Source: Octopus vulgaris
Taxonomy: Eukaryota
Length of the DNA: 64,000 nt
Direction: 5' to 3'
NCBI GenBank assembly: GCA_951406725.2
Contig: OX597830.1
Span: 29,326,001-29,390,000 of the forward strand
Numbering within the stretch: the stretch's first letter is position 1; the number at the start of each line of letters is the position of its first letter. This document shows, piece by piece, positions 41,091-55,532 of this stretch. Position numbers and translations under genes: made by a program. The notes below the pieces were generated by a model. That model searched no databases, was not told the origin of the DNA, and saw nothing but the letters and a program-made list of their open reading frames with translations.

Positions 41091-42077
41091 CAATATTTAT
41101 ATGAATCTCGCAAATCATTTTTGGTATGGATATCGGACAATTTAAAATCGACGGAATTATTCCTGTTTTAGATGATATTGTTTATATCATGGTTTCTTTG
41201 AGAAAATCTATCCATCAATGATAATCTCACTTGGTTTTCAGACAAGTAGTTTGCATTATGAGAGTGAATTGGCGGCCATTTGCTCAGGCTGAGCTACCAC
41301 ACTGAGATTATCATGTATGTTAAAATCACTCCATCATATTTTCTGTATAATTAAATATACACCAAGAAGGCTTCAATATGCATTTTAATGCCTCCAATTT
41401 CTTAGTACAATGCGAATTTGCTGAACAAATATGACATTTTATATTCTGTAGTCTACCTCACCTAAGAATAGTATTTTGTTTCAATTCCTTTTGCTGCAAA
41501 ATTATTCTAATTTCTGACGATATTCGAAACTGGACTTTGCATGCCTGACAAATGTCATAAATATATTTTGCAGTAGATTATATTGTAAGACTTTTATTCT
41601 CAATATTCATTTGTCTGTAATTACGCGCAATGTATTTTTTTATAAGTTATCTGAACTTTTTAAATGTTACACTTTCATCTGTGCACTTATATTCTCAAAT
41701 CATTCTTTTCGATTCTTTACATAAAGGAAACGTTCATTTATAACAAAGACAACATTTCATTATTCTGTCTTCAGCAAAGTAAATACCTAGTTGCATATTA
41801 CAATTTATAATTTAATATACCCGTTAACCAACCCCTTCCAAAAGAATCTAGGAAGGCATATCTTTGGTTGAAAACATGATTTTAACTACAGAGTTTAACT
41901 TGGTGTATATCGTTGCTCTCATTCATATATATTTCGCCTTGATGATTGCATGCAACAATTATATTTGAGTAGCTAGAAAGTGATTCAAAAGATTGTGTCG
42001 AATAAATAATAATTTACATTCGTAAATGTAATATCTCTCTATATCCCCACGTACGTACACATACACACATACATGCA

Positions 42078-42470
42078 CAATTTAGAAATACTAAATCAAA
42101 TTTCACAAAATATAATATGATATAATATAATATATAATATAATATAATATAATATGATATATATATATATATATATAAATTAGAAAAAAAAACACATTTT
42201 ATCAATTCAACAATGAAAAAATTACATTATACCATATAGAAAAAATTAAATATGAGATAAAAGCATATACCAATGATTAAGAAATGTGTAAAATAATAAA
42301 TAAAACATACATATTTGGTAAAATGACTACAAGTGTTTCGTGGCTATATTTAAGAAATGATAACAGTATAATCAGTTCTATTTAAATATAGCCACTCTTC
42401 AGGTTAAAGATAAAAACAAGAGAATTCGATAATTTCTTGTCAATGTTACTGAATGAATACAGAAAATATA
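42078..42470 (-). mobile_element. Penelope-terminal-like (pseudo-LTR) repeat carrying a hammerhead motif
   Basis: caatttagaaatactaaatcaaatttcacaa is shared with 60178-60209; contains the hammerhead at 42322-42408. Penelope assignment is inferred from the ribozyme type. Confidence 0.55.
42322..42408 (-). ncRNA. Type I hammerhead ribozyme motif (minimal, Penelope-type)
   Basis: Minus strand: TTTAAC-CTGAAGA-GTGGCTATATTTAA-(28 nt)-TTAAATATAGCCAC-GAA-AC-ACTT-GT-A|GTCATT. Core boxes intact, 14-bp perfect stem II, 2-bp stem III, GUA site; stem I only 3 of 4 pairs. Confidence 0.75.
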
Positions 42471-42559
42471 AATATCGTAGTGGTTTATGTTTCGATTTTT
42501 CTGTCCCGCTATTCTTCCCCTACAGCCTTTGTTTGTCTTTGTTAACATCCGATTAAGCT

Positions 42560-43614
42560 ATACCTCTTCTCAGACATATATCGACGAAGAACATATTCAA
42601 CACATTCTTCTCATTGCTTTCAAAGAAGGTTACAAAGCTGCTAAGCTCGATCGAAAGAATTGTGTTATTTACGGATACTTTTCATTTAAGGAAAGAACTG
42701 CACAAACAAATTTCTCTTCCTTCAGAAGAGGAATTTGACCTCATATATTCTCCGATTGCCGGCCGAAGTTTTCAGTTCAATTTGGTTTGATTGGACAAGC
42801 ACAAAGCACGAATATCTACATGAATCCATTAAGGAATAGACCCACCAGATGGAATATTCTCGTGCTAGTCTAGCCAATACCTCCTATAGGTGGTTAAGGC
42901 CCCAAAACTCGGCATATGTGTGCCACAAGCTCTGAGTGAAAGAGATAGACTCTAGCACTCTTATGCCATCGATAATTTGCTCAACGCCAGTGTAGTTGTG
43001 GACACAAACCGATATTTATTTTCTATATTGTCACTGACGATGAAAGATTAAGTGTTTAAGTCAATAAGATACCCGGCAAATAAACAACACCTTATGAGAA
43101 TCTAGAGCTGAATACAAACAAGTCAATGATCTAGGATTGAGATGGATTGATTTGCTTCGTCATGCTTGAAAGCAAGCATACAGTCAATGCAGATTATTAT
43201 GTTCAGCAAACACAACGGCTCATCTAAGTTTGGAAACCCAAGCAGTGACATGAAGTTTATCTTCAACTCGACAATGCACCCCATCACGTTACCAAAATGC
43301 TCTAAAATGCTCTTCAAGAGTGATGTAGGAAATTTCATAATTTCATAACCCCCATATTAAAATGCTCGCGCTTATCGGTCAACGACACTCTGCAGTGTGG
43401 ATCGTGCAGCAACGATATGTGGCTGAAAATACGGGTTGATGAATTGTTCACTTCAAGGTCCAGTGGTTTCTAACGTCAAGATATTGACAAGCTGGTTGTC
43501 GTAAACAATGAAAGAGAATATAGTATTGACTGATTTGTTAAAATTGTTTATGCATGCAAAGTAAGAATAAAATTTGATGGTAAAAACTGAACGTATTTCT
43601 CTGATTAACCAATA
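42560..43614 (+). mobile_element. Decayed mariner transposon
   Basis: HIQHILLIAFKEG (N-terminal HTH), KLGICVPQALSE (WVPHEL), IVTDDER, LQLDNAP, IDKLVV...NNEREYSID*; right end ...CTGATTAACCAATA resembles a mariner TIR. Confidence 0.8.
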
Positions 43615-43752
43615 CGTGCATATACACGCATATGTTTGCTACTTATTTGTGTGTGTATGTGTGTGGTTTGTGTGTAAGTATTTTGTGTGTGGTTGTGTAC
43701 CCGCACCCATGTATATATATATATATTTATACGTACCTACATATATACATAC

Positions 43753-43814
<62 letters not shown>

Positions 43815-43992
43815 ATACACACAGATAGACACACATATACATACATATGTATGTATGTATGTATGGAAGTGTGACTTTTACGTAAATCCTCATGGTCATT
43901 TTCAATTCCTTTTAAAGGCACATGATATTAGTAAATAAATTACTATCAAAACAATATTTTTTGAAGTGCTTGCGCCTAAAGAAGGAGAAAAG

Positions 43993-44042
<50 letters not shown>

Positions 44043-44086
44043 AAGTGTGTGTGTATGTATGGGTCAACATATATTATATATATACG

Positions 44087-44118
<32 letters not shown>

Positions 44119-44782
44119 TGTATGTATGTATGTATGTATGTATGTATGTATGTATGTATGCATGCCTGTATGTGTGTGTCTGCTTGTGTGTATGTGGATG
44201 AGAATATTTGCGTACGCTCTTACATGAATATTTGATTGTATTGATTTCTTGTAGCAAAACATCATCATTGATTGAATCGACCTCATAACAAGAACTAATA
44301 ATTTAATTAATTATGCAACCGACAATGATAGAACGAAAAGTCATTCAGTGTGTGATGGTGTTGTTGTTTATCCTTAAGATCAGTGCCCTTGCGTCAATGG
44401 ATAACAAATACATGCACGCACACTCATATCATTCTAATATATAATTCCACATAGCGCCTTGCAATCGTATCGAACTTGAATCTCTACCGGATTGAAGCTA
44501 AATTCTTAGTCACATATGCTGAATTTCAATTTGTGTATTACGAGTGCTATAGAAGCTCTTGTAGTTATGTATCATTAATGAGTTACCCTCGGCCTCTTAA
44601 ATGTTGCTATTACCCTTCAATCAGTTTTCTAGCTAATTCTGTTTACACATTTTGTTTTTGTTTTGTTTAACGAAATGCCAGCTTTTATCGGGTTAATTGT
44701 ATTGCCGAAGACGTTGAAATCGTTATGATATGATCAGTATTTTCTTGTGTCGTTTTGTCGAGTGAAGAATAACACTTCCCCT

Positions 44783-45048
44783 CAGTGGCGGACTGGGTCT
44801 TAAAATATTGGTTCCCAGGGGACTAAGGGGACCCATCCGCAACTGCAATGCTATCATTCAATTTTCCTTTTCTTCTTTTTTTGTTTTTAAATGTATTTTT
44901 TTCAACTGTCTGAAATAATAAAAGCATTCTTCCAGAAGTGAATAAAAAATTCTTAAACTTGAGGGGATGGGTCTCCATATATAGATTCCAATGGTGCAGG
45001 GGCCCAATTGCCATAGGGAAAGCTGGCAACGTGGCCAGTCTGCCACTG
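44783..45048. mobile_element. hAT-type MITE
   Basis: TIRs CAGTGGCGGACTGG and CCAGTCTGCCACTG (13/14 match); 8-bp flanks CTTCCCCT and CTTTCCAT (6/8 match) fit a decayed TSD. Confidence 0.85.
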
Positions 45049-45750
45049 CTTTCCATAGACTATGTGTGCATCAAAAGAGACAGCTTTTGGACCAAAAATT
45101 TTAGAATAAACTTAAATCTATTAACGGTACACAAGTTCCATGTTATAGTTTATTGGTTACACCATTCCGTTTTCCATCAATACAAACTGTAAGACAAAAG
45201 AATATTAATATGGAATGATGTTAGGGAGACCATACAACAGTTTTGTGAGTGTGTGTATTTACGTCCCTATAACATAGCGGTAGGTAAAAGACACCGATAG
45301 AATGGGTACCAGGCTTACGAAAACAGTACTGGAATCGACTCATTCGACTTTAATTCTTCAAGGCAATGCGATAAAAGATAAAGGCTCTGGCTGGTAGCAC
45401 AAGTGATAAAAGCTAAAAGCTCTGAGTGGTAATACTTGGCATTGATGTTGTTAATTCACGTTGCAGTGGAGATTTCTATAGCAATGACAACGGACCTGCT
45501 TCACAATAATATTTCTTGCTGAAGAAATTTGAAATAGTTTGATACATTGCCACTGATCCTCAATCACAGTGTACAGGAAATATAGAGAAATAAAACACAA
45601 ATCCTAGTAAGGAATAATAAATAATTAAGAGTAAAGTCTACTACGATTGTCTTATTCATTACATATCTAAAACAAAAGAGATCACACGAATGCACATACT
45701 TATGTGCAGGCTTACAAATGTATATGAAGATGTGCTCATGCATACATGTG

Positions 45751-45797
<47 letters not shown>

Positions 45798-46199
45798 TTA
45801 TATATGTGTGTGATATGCATCTATGTATATATATATATATATATATACGCACATATATATGAGTGTGTGTGGGGGTGGATGGGGTGGGTATGTGTGTATG
45901 TTCATGTGTACCTGCGGGTGCTTTTACCCAAAAGTCGACTCATTCATGCACACAGCACAAGCACAAACACCCGCAATCATATACCCGAAGACGCACATAT
46001 ACACACACAAACGCGCACACACTCACATACGTTCGCGCACGCACACACACAAACGCAACACACGCATACACAAAATTGCAGACCACGTCGATTTCTGCAA
46101 ATTGGCTAACTTTGTAAAATTTTATTTAGAGCATTGAAATGCATACAGTTTTCAAAAATATGGAAAATGTATATATATATATATATATACATACATATG

Positions 46200-46247
<48 letters not shown>

Positions 46248-46397
46248 CATATATGTGTGTGCGTGTGTGTGTCTGTCTGTGTATGTCTGTGTGTGCGTGT
46301 ATATATATATGTATATATAAATATTTGTATACACATACACACATACACACACACACATACACACAAACACACATATATATGTATATAGATATATATA

Positions 46398-46441
<44 letters not shown>

Positions 46442-46966
46442 CACATAAGTGTATATTTATGTTTGTAAATATATGAATATTTGACTCCTTCTATGCTTAT
46501 TCATACTCATTGCAATGTAGAAATGTCGTTAAAATTGGAAAACTTGAAATTTTATGAAGTCTCATCGAATTTCGATAGCCCTCGGCTATTGTCGTGAGTA
46601 TATTTAATCTACAAAATTTCATTTCGACCTATATTTTATTTCAGCATAATGAGTGTTGTGGCTGTACTTTTAACCGAGTCAGCTCGTTAATAGAAACACG
46701 ACTTGTTTATTTTGTTATATATATACCTCCATCTACATTTCAGTTCAGTTTGCCTATAGATACGTGCAAACATACAAACATAGAAGCATACATATATACA
46801 TACATATATTCATATATGCATGCACACATACATACATACATATATGCATACACACATACATATATATTTGTATAGATATGTGTGTATATACAAATATATA
46901 CATATATATACACATATATAAGTAAATATTTTATTCATATATATACTTATGCATATACACAAATAC

Positions 46967-47000
<34 letters not shown>

Positions 47001-47097
47001 CTATATATATATATATATGGCTGTATGGACATATATATGTGGACACACGTACATAGATACATAGATGCATATATACATACATTCATACATACATTTG

Positions 47098-48150
47098 AAC
47101 GGTGCTTTCAAAAGGTTTTGAGAGTCATTTAAGAGAGGCAGTTATAACTAGCCTAGACTGGTACACTTTTGGTACAGTATGCATCTAGCAAGCTGATACG
47201 TCAAGATTTTATCTAAATTCAGCACTTTGAACATACCCTCGTAAACATTATTTATCCTATCTGACTAGTTTGCAGAATAGAGTTGAGATGTGAATACAAT
47301 TTCGAAGCCCGCTATATATTGACTAAATTGTTTCACTTGAACATCCGCTTTTTAAAAGTCGTAGTGTTCTCAGGCAGAGCAAAGAGATGAGAGACGATGA
47401 GAGATGAGAGAAAGTGACAGAGGTCAGAAAATCGCAATTTTCCGGCAGACGACTGGTGCAAGTCTACAGTTTGCAAGCTTACACTTTGGAGTTGCTGTGG
47501 CAAGTCTACACTGCAATATTCATGAACATGCGCAATATCTCTTCAAAACTTTTTCCTAGGTTGCTCAGTAATTGACACAAGGAAAAGCGCGTTGGTGACA
47601 GCTAGGAGACGGTTAAGAACATCAAATTCAATACAAAATTACCTGGGTTTCTGGGAGCAAAACTGGATCTACGGCTATGATCCAGAGACCAAGAGATAGG
47701 GAGACAAATAGCAGCATCCTGCTCCCCAAGACCCACGTAAAATAAGCAAAGCAAGTCCACGGAGAATTAGTGATGATCACCTTTTCCAACTGCAGGGGCG
47801 TCAGTTACATCTCCTGTGTTCCCACTAGCGAGGCGTTCAACAAATAGTAGAATATGGCGATCTTGAAGCAGTTCTGGAAGGCATTTCTTCATATAAGTCA
47901 GTAGGGTTTCCACTCATCGCGGTGGTACCTGCATCAGGACAGTGCATCAGACTACGATTCCATCCTGGTAACAAACTACTAGGCAGAGATAGGCCCCAAA
48001 CCTTAACCTCATCTTCAGTACTATCTAGATAATATTGCTTTTGATTTTATGTTGTTTCACACGTTGATAAAGATTATTCTAAACCCAATGAGAACTACGA
48101 TGGGGTCTTCATAGAGGACTCGAAAGCTACTGCAAGTATTTTGAATTCGT
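47098..48150 (+). mobile_element. Decayed mariner transposon, DD34D
   Basis: KSA(RW), WIYGYDPETKR, WYLHQDSA...YYLDNIAFDFMLF; counted 34 codons between the second and third Asp. Boundaries approximate. Confidence 0.85.
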
Positions 48151-48300
48151 AGAACTACATTTTCAAGGAGATTGTTTTTTGTTCAGTTATAATAAAACAG
48201 TTTTAGAGTAAAGCGTTTCTCATTACAAATTTAAATTCTTTAATAAGACAGTGACTTGGAACTTTCAGGTAGCTAAGCTCACATTGGACTTCGTAGTCGC

Positions 48301-48358
<58 letters not shown>

Positions 48359-48447
48359 GATATGTATATATATATGATATATATAATTTATATATGTATA
48401 TATATAATTCATGTATATATAATGTATATATACATATATATAATATG

Positions 48448-48486
<39 letters not shown>

Positions 48487-48521
48487 ATGTATATATATAT
48501 ATATATATACATATATACTTG

Positions 48522-48554
<33 letters not shown>

Positions 48555-49279
48555 CTTTATATGCATGTATATTTATCTGTGTATGTATATGCCTGTATTT
48601 ATATGGCATATTCTATTGCAGAACACGAAAATATATGGCAATTTTATGCTTATCTTGTTTATTGTATATCATCATATATATATATATATATGTCTAAACC
48701 TTCGTGTCTCATATGTAACTTCTGACGCGGTATAGTTCTTTTTTACACTTTAATGTATACTTAAGATTTTTGGATGGCATAAAACATTGAAATTGTATAT
48801 TATTGTATTTCATACGCTTTGACCCACTTTATCACTTAAGTGGTTTTTACATTACTAAGTTACTAATAAGACACAGATGTGAGAGATATTTTAGTATGTG
48901 ATAACTACTAATGGAATCACCAAAAATTAAATAACTCCTGGAATTGTGATGTTGCATTTCATTCTTAATTCTAAGGTTTTCATGAATTATAGGGAGAGGC
49001 TGGCGACCCTAATCATTCAGTGGGATGCGATAATATGACAGCAAACATATTTAGTAATTATTTTACAGATTGCAAAATTTCTTCATGTTTACAAAGTATT
49101 CAATGTGGTAAACCTCTAGGTACTCGTTTGAAGTAGAATTAAATTCTTCGTATCGGATTTGAAAATCGAAACGACATTTGTATAACGTAAACTAAAATAA
49201 ACGATGCGATGAAAAAATGGGCAATTCATGCTTCGAAAACCTTTTGATGATAAATCTATTCAGTTATATTTAATCAATG

Positions 49280-49500
49280 GAAATGCGTGCTTTGATAATT
49301 AGTGCGGTGGACTCATGATTACAAAATCGTCATTTCTATTTCCGGACCGGGCGATACGCTGAGCTCTTGACCAAAACACTACATTTCGCATTGCTCCAGT
49401 CTGCCGAGATGGCAAAAGTGAGCAATCCTGTGACGTAATGGTGTCCCCACCAATACGGAAAGAAATACGTCGCGAAAACCGGAGAACCGGCCTTATGAAT
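49280..49500 (+). mobile_element. Degraded SINE with family C/D-type head
   Basis: tttccggaccgggcg...ctcttgaccaaaacactacatttcgcattgctccagt. Confidence 0.6.
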
Positions 49501-51752
49501 TTAAATTATTCGGAAATGAGGGGTCGAAGGATTTCTTTGGGAAAAACTAGCAGAACAAAAGCATAGCGGATTCCTCCATCTGTTTTCTAGGAATGTCTCT
49601 TAAGCCAAAATCCCCTGATATGTGATGCAGATTGAGCAATGTAGTATTGCATTAAGTTTGTATCAAAAAGGGTACGATGAATAAGACTGGAACGTATAAA
49701 ATTCCGTTCGGAAAATTTTTGTATCAAATGAACCTTCTTACTGCCGAGAGAATGGGAAAGCCTTATTCAGAACTGAAACTTGTCCATTCTTAAGTAAAAT
49801 GTACAGATTACAGAATTACTGATGAAACACTACTTCCATGGCTTTATATAAACCTTCAGCCATCTAAAATATTTCATATTCACTATAGTATTTCTACGGG
49901 TGATTATGTTATTGCGATAGCATATTGTATAAATAAAAAGATGACATGAAGACAATTAAGGCTTAATAGGAGCTTCATGTAGATATGTCACAAAGAAGCC
50001 AGTTATATATTTTTGTCATCGTTTAGAGAATTATTGAGACCAGGCCTGTTTGATCCTAACGTTTCGAATATTTAGACTCCAAGTTTTGCTTTGTCTTCCT
50101 GCCACAGAAATATCCACACACCTTAATAAGTATAAAAAATGATTTCTGTGAGATATTTGCTATTCAGCGTTTATACTACTCATTGAGAGTAATTAAATAA
50201 TTGTTCTTCGAATCTAATATCTCGGTGTAGATGTCATAATTATCGTTCGAGTAAATAAGTGAATCATTACCTATTTGAAGATTTTACATTTTACGCAAAG
50301 TTATCTGGCCGCCATGTCATATGTTCCTCTTCGTTCCATGACTTTCTTGAAATAAAATTGCTATCAGGATGCATACGAAGACATCAGTGCCGTCATCGAA
50401 TTACTTCCACCTTTGGTGCTGAGCAGAGCATCATTGATGAATTTTCGAGGAAACGCCGACGTTTTATAGAGGAGTTAGGCAGTGTATTTACTGGTTGTGT
50501 GTAGAACACTTTGTTTACTCCAAATACCATACCATATGATTTTACAACCTTATTAAATTATCCAAAAAGGTACACAATACATATCTCTGATTCTCCAATG
50601 CGCCCGCGCGTACACACTTGTTTATTTCTGTCTTTTTCACTTTCCGTCACATTCAGACTTCCTTTATCTCTCTATGAGTGTCTTTGCACTTCTATATGCG
50701 TATGTATGAGAAAAATAGAATTTTGTGGCTTTTGGTTTTGGATTCGCTGAATGTCAAAGGCCGATCGTGTTGTAAAACTTAATATCAACGCTGTTTGAGC
50801 TTCTCTATCCCGATTAAGCGTTTAGATTACAGCTGGACATCAAGCGATATAATAGCAATAGTTCAGAGGTGAACACATACGAATATGAACAGGAAATATT
50901 CTCTGAGGATAAATATGATAGTTCAACTGCCCTCCTTCTGGTAAATTTATTCAAACAGGTAGAAGTGTTGCCAGTTTTTAAACAAGACTGGTTTCCCATT
51001 GAAATCATCAAAGGTGGTGTATTATGTCTCAGATAATAGTCTACTGCTATCGATGTAAATTGACGATATAACAGTCGTATTACAGAATCATTGACATTTT
51101 TCATTGACAGTTTCGACGTGTCTTCAATATCAATTTCCATATTTCATGCATACATACATATATAAATATACACGCATTCATGTATCATTTTCCATAGATT
51201 CTCACACATATGCAAATAAAATGTGTATGGGTTTGTGTTTGTGTGTGTGGGAGGGAAGTTGTGTTTGTGCTTGTGTTTGTGTGTGGGATTTGTGTGTATT
51301 AAAGTATGTGTGTACATATGCTGCTTCTGTGTAGGTAGGTTTGTATACACGCTCGCATATATCCACATGGGTGGATATATGCCAAGATATTCATAGACGC
51401 GTTCATAAAGACACTTGCATCCACATTACACAAATACATACGCACGCACGCGCGCACACACATATGTATATACGTAAATACACATGCATATATACGTACA
51501 TACAGATACGTATACAGAGAGAGATTGAGAGGGAAAGAGAGAGAACGAGTGAGAGAGAAAGATATAAAGAGAGAGAGAGAGACTAGATATATACATAACT
51601 GTAGTAAGGAACAGAGAGGTACGTAAGTTGATTCATTATTTGATTGATAGACAGAAATATATATACATATACATAAATAAGCACAACTATATACACACTC
51701 ATACAGATATATACATATATGCATATATGTGCGTGGATGGTAGGTAGGCACA

Positions 51753-51786
<34 letters not shown>

Positions 51787-52920
51787 TACGCGGCATTTCC
51801 TCCCATGAAAAAAAAAACCGTGATTGTTAAGATCCGCTATCATATAATTGTATTGCCGATGAAACATTTATCCTACATTAGGTAACCATGTACACATTCA
51901 AAATGTTCAACACAAAATGCAGTGCGGCTGGTTTATACCATTAATATGAATGCTCTCGTATAAATTATATTTCCAGATAGTTTATTAATAACCACCTCTC
52001 TGCACAATATAACTCCTTAATGTATTGAGTATTATTGTATGAGACGAAACAACATACTTTACAATTAGAAGACACTCAACGAATATATAATGGAGGTGCC
52101 ATGCATTTATCAGTTGTATTAGATTTTCTACACAACATTATTTTCATTATAATTTATCATCATAACTTTTCTCCATAACCCTCAGCATACATTTTCCATT
52201 AATATGCAACGTGGGATAGCATATTTTTGCTATCATTACACTTATTGTTCAAGGTGATGTGGAATCGCTTAACAGTTAAAACATCGGACGCAATGTCTTA
52301 TTTTATTTTGCTACCGCATTAGACGTTAAAATTTCAAATCCCGCCGAGGGTAACTTTACTCTCCAAAACCTTATCTTTATTTCATCCTCTTCGTGTTCAG
52401 TGAAAGTAAGTGCCAGCCAAGTACAAGGATAATTTAAATCCAATATATGCCTCCCAAAAACGGGTCTTGGCAGATATTAGACAGGGCTATTGCATAATAT
52501 ACATAGAGTGTGAGGACTAGCAGTGTTTCATATGCCGTCGAACAAATGTCTTAAGGTTTGGCTTATTGCGACTTTCGTACAGATCTCACTGAGGCAGAAT
52601 TTCCAGTTCATCCTGCAAGCATCGATAAAATAAAACACCAATCAAATACTAAGCTAGATATAATCGACTGTTCTCTTCCCGTAAATACCTGGCCTTGTGT
52701 CTACATTAGATATTGTCGCCATATTTGTTATAATCGCTCTCCTGTCAGTCATTTTACTATTTTTTTTCATTAATTGGGCCATGACCATTTGGAAATATTG
52801 TCTACAACTTATCTATAGTCGATTATATTCACCCTATTTCTTTGGTATGTCCAATATCAACCTTGGAATGACGAAGTGAAAAGTCCACATTTACATAAAT
52901 ATCGTAATACTTCAGTTTCT

Positions 52921-53521
52921 TATTTCTTTACAGCCCTCAAGGGGCTAAACACAGAGGGGACAAACAAGGACAGACAAACGGATGAAATGGATTATATCGA
53001 ACCCATTGCTTAACTGGTACTTATTTAATCGACCCCGGAAGGATGAAAAGCAAAGTCTACCTCCGCGGAATTTCAACTCAGAACGTAGCGGCAGACGAAA
53101 TACCTATTTCTTTACTACACACAAGGGGCTAAACACAGAGAGAACAAACAAGGACAGACAAACGGATTAAGTCGATTATATGAACCCCAGTGCGTAACTG
53201 GTACTTATTTAATCGACCCTGAAAGAATGAAAGGCAAAGTCGACCTCGGCGGAATTTGAACTCAGAATGTAGCGGCAGACGAAATACCTATTTCTTTACT
53301 ACACACAAGGGGCTAAACACAAAGAGGACAAACAAGGACAGACAAACGAATTAAGTCGATTACATCGACCCCCAGTGCGTAACTGGTACTTAGTTTATCG
53401 ATCCCGAAAGGATGAAAGGCAAAGTCGACCTCGGCGGAATTTGAACTCAGATCGTAGCGGTAGACGAAATAACGCTTAGCATTTCACCCGGCGTGCTAAC
53501 GTTTCCGCCAGCTCGCCGCCT
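52921..53521 (-). mobile_element. SINE family B: one head plus three tandem 184-bp bodies
   Basis: Units begin at 52921, 53105 and 53289 on the + strand; head at about 53473-53520; AGTTTCT at 52914-52920 and 53522-53528. Confidence 0.93.
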
Positions 53522-54211
53522 AGTTTCTCTCAGTTTCTCTCATTCTCCCAATCGCAATGTGTCCAGAACAATATAATCCAAAGAGTTATGCACTTAATTG
53601 TGATGGGACATAAATGACTCCTATTTCTAGCAGTTCAAAATGTAATGTGATAGGTATTTCGTTAGTTCCAGGTAACCTTTGCAGATACTATCGATTTCAC
53701 AATATATTCTTGAATAAATTATCACATTGATGGAATTACATGATTTTGATCATTTCCCTGGTGACATGAAAGCGTCAAGAGGTAAAAACATAAATTTGAA
53801 CAAAAAACAGCAAGTATTAAGGAGAGAGGATTTGGAACTCACCTTCCTTTACACATCATAACGGGCTTATCATCATCATCGTTGTTGTCGTCACAATCAT
53901 TATTGTGATCACCGTCATCGTCGTCATCGTCGTCATCATCATCATCATCATCATCATCAATCTCGACATGAATGCCAATAATTTTTCAGAGTTCATGGAG
54001 TGCTTTTGTCTTCTACATGGTAGAAGCGCCAACACCAGTGAGGTTACCGAGTAAGTTACAAGAAAAGAATCCTCGATAAAGTTTGAGTGAAGTCTCGACG
54101 AAGGCGAACTTAAGAGGCTGGAAAGGCAGAAACAGGTGTCATGCAGTAGAAGAGATACACGGATACCATACTTGGCAAAAACGGGTGGACAGATGAAAGT
54201 GAAAGTAAGCG

Positions 54212-54308
<97 letters not shown>

Positions 54309-54475
54309 TGTGTGTGTGTGTAAAGAGAGAGAGAGGAATGATGATATATAGAAGTGTACACTTGGATTATAGTCAATTATTAAACGCTTACAATGACGTA
54401 AGACAACATTGACGTCGTTTATCTGGAGACTCGCAAACTTTACTTTAGATGTCAAAACGTAAGCACAGCTTTCGT

Positions 54476-54868
54476 CTTTCATCTTTCGCTTGTTTCAGTC
54501 AATAGACTGCGGCCATACTGGGGCAGTATTTTGAATAATCTTTAGTAGAATAATTCAACTCCTGTACATACGGTTGGTTTTTTTGTTTTTTTTTTTAAGT
54601 ATGGTATTTATTCTATACAGATCTTTTTTCCGAAACGTTAAGTTACGGAGATGTAAACACACCAACACTGGTTGTCAAGCGGAGATGAGGATAAACACAG
54701 ACCCCCCACGCACCCAAACACACACGCACGCATACACACACACACACATATACATACGACGGGCTTCTTTAAGTTATCTAGCAGATCCTCTCGGCCGGCA
54801 GATATAGTAACTGAACCTGGATCCATGTGGTTGAAAAGCAAGCTTCTTATCTCACGGCTACTCCTGCT
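54476..54868 (-). mobile_element. Degraded SINE family A
   Basis: ttgtttcagtcaatagactgcggccat...atccatgtggttgaaaagcaagct. Confidence 0.8.
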
Positions 54869-55532
54869 GTTTATTTTGTCAGAAAAATATATTCAGTTTG
54901 TTGTATACGATGCGACACGGTTACACACCAGAGTGGCTTTTCGTTTAGAAACAATGAGGGGACAACATATATATATATATTCTTAATCATCTATAAGTTC
55001 TGGAAGTTAACAGGAAATACTACCATATGATTTTTGTAGCTTTCTTAGAAACCGGCACATATTTTTAACATGCTTTACTTTATCGTACGTAAGTGAAGGT
55101 CGGATATTTTAAAAGATTTCATTTGAAATAATAGCTCAACACACATGCGATTTGCTTCATTTTCGAGTTCGGTAAGGATTAGATAGTTCCAAATTCTGAT
55201 CTGTTGATAAGCTATCGAGTAGAGAGGCACGGCAGCTGAAACCTGCTCAATGAGGTTGGATTTTGATAAGAGCAGCAATTGGAACCCTTCCGTGAGATAT
55301 GATTGATTCAGTTATTAGAGTTCCACTGACTCGAAGCGTACACGTTAAGCGGTGAAACAATTTAGAACTTGAGATATCTGCGGGTGATACTGAAAAATCT
55401 GCAACACTGTGATGGGTTTACAATAAGGATAATTTATGAGTAGCTCCTGCCGTTTCTACTCGGTGAGAAGGATATTCGCTGTTTATATCACCTCTCAACT
55501 CTAACAAGCTCTTCTGTTACTTATGGGATTTA

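Noticed and set aside
41514-41530. CTGACGA-TATTC-GAAAC, and CTGAAGA-AATTT-GAAA at 45519
   Set aside because: Core boxes present but no convincing stems I-III; expected by chance in AT-rich DNA.
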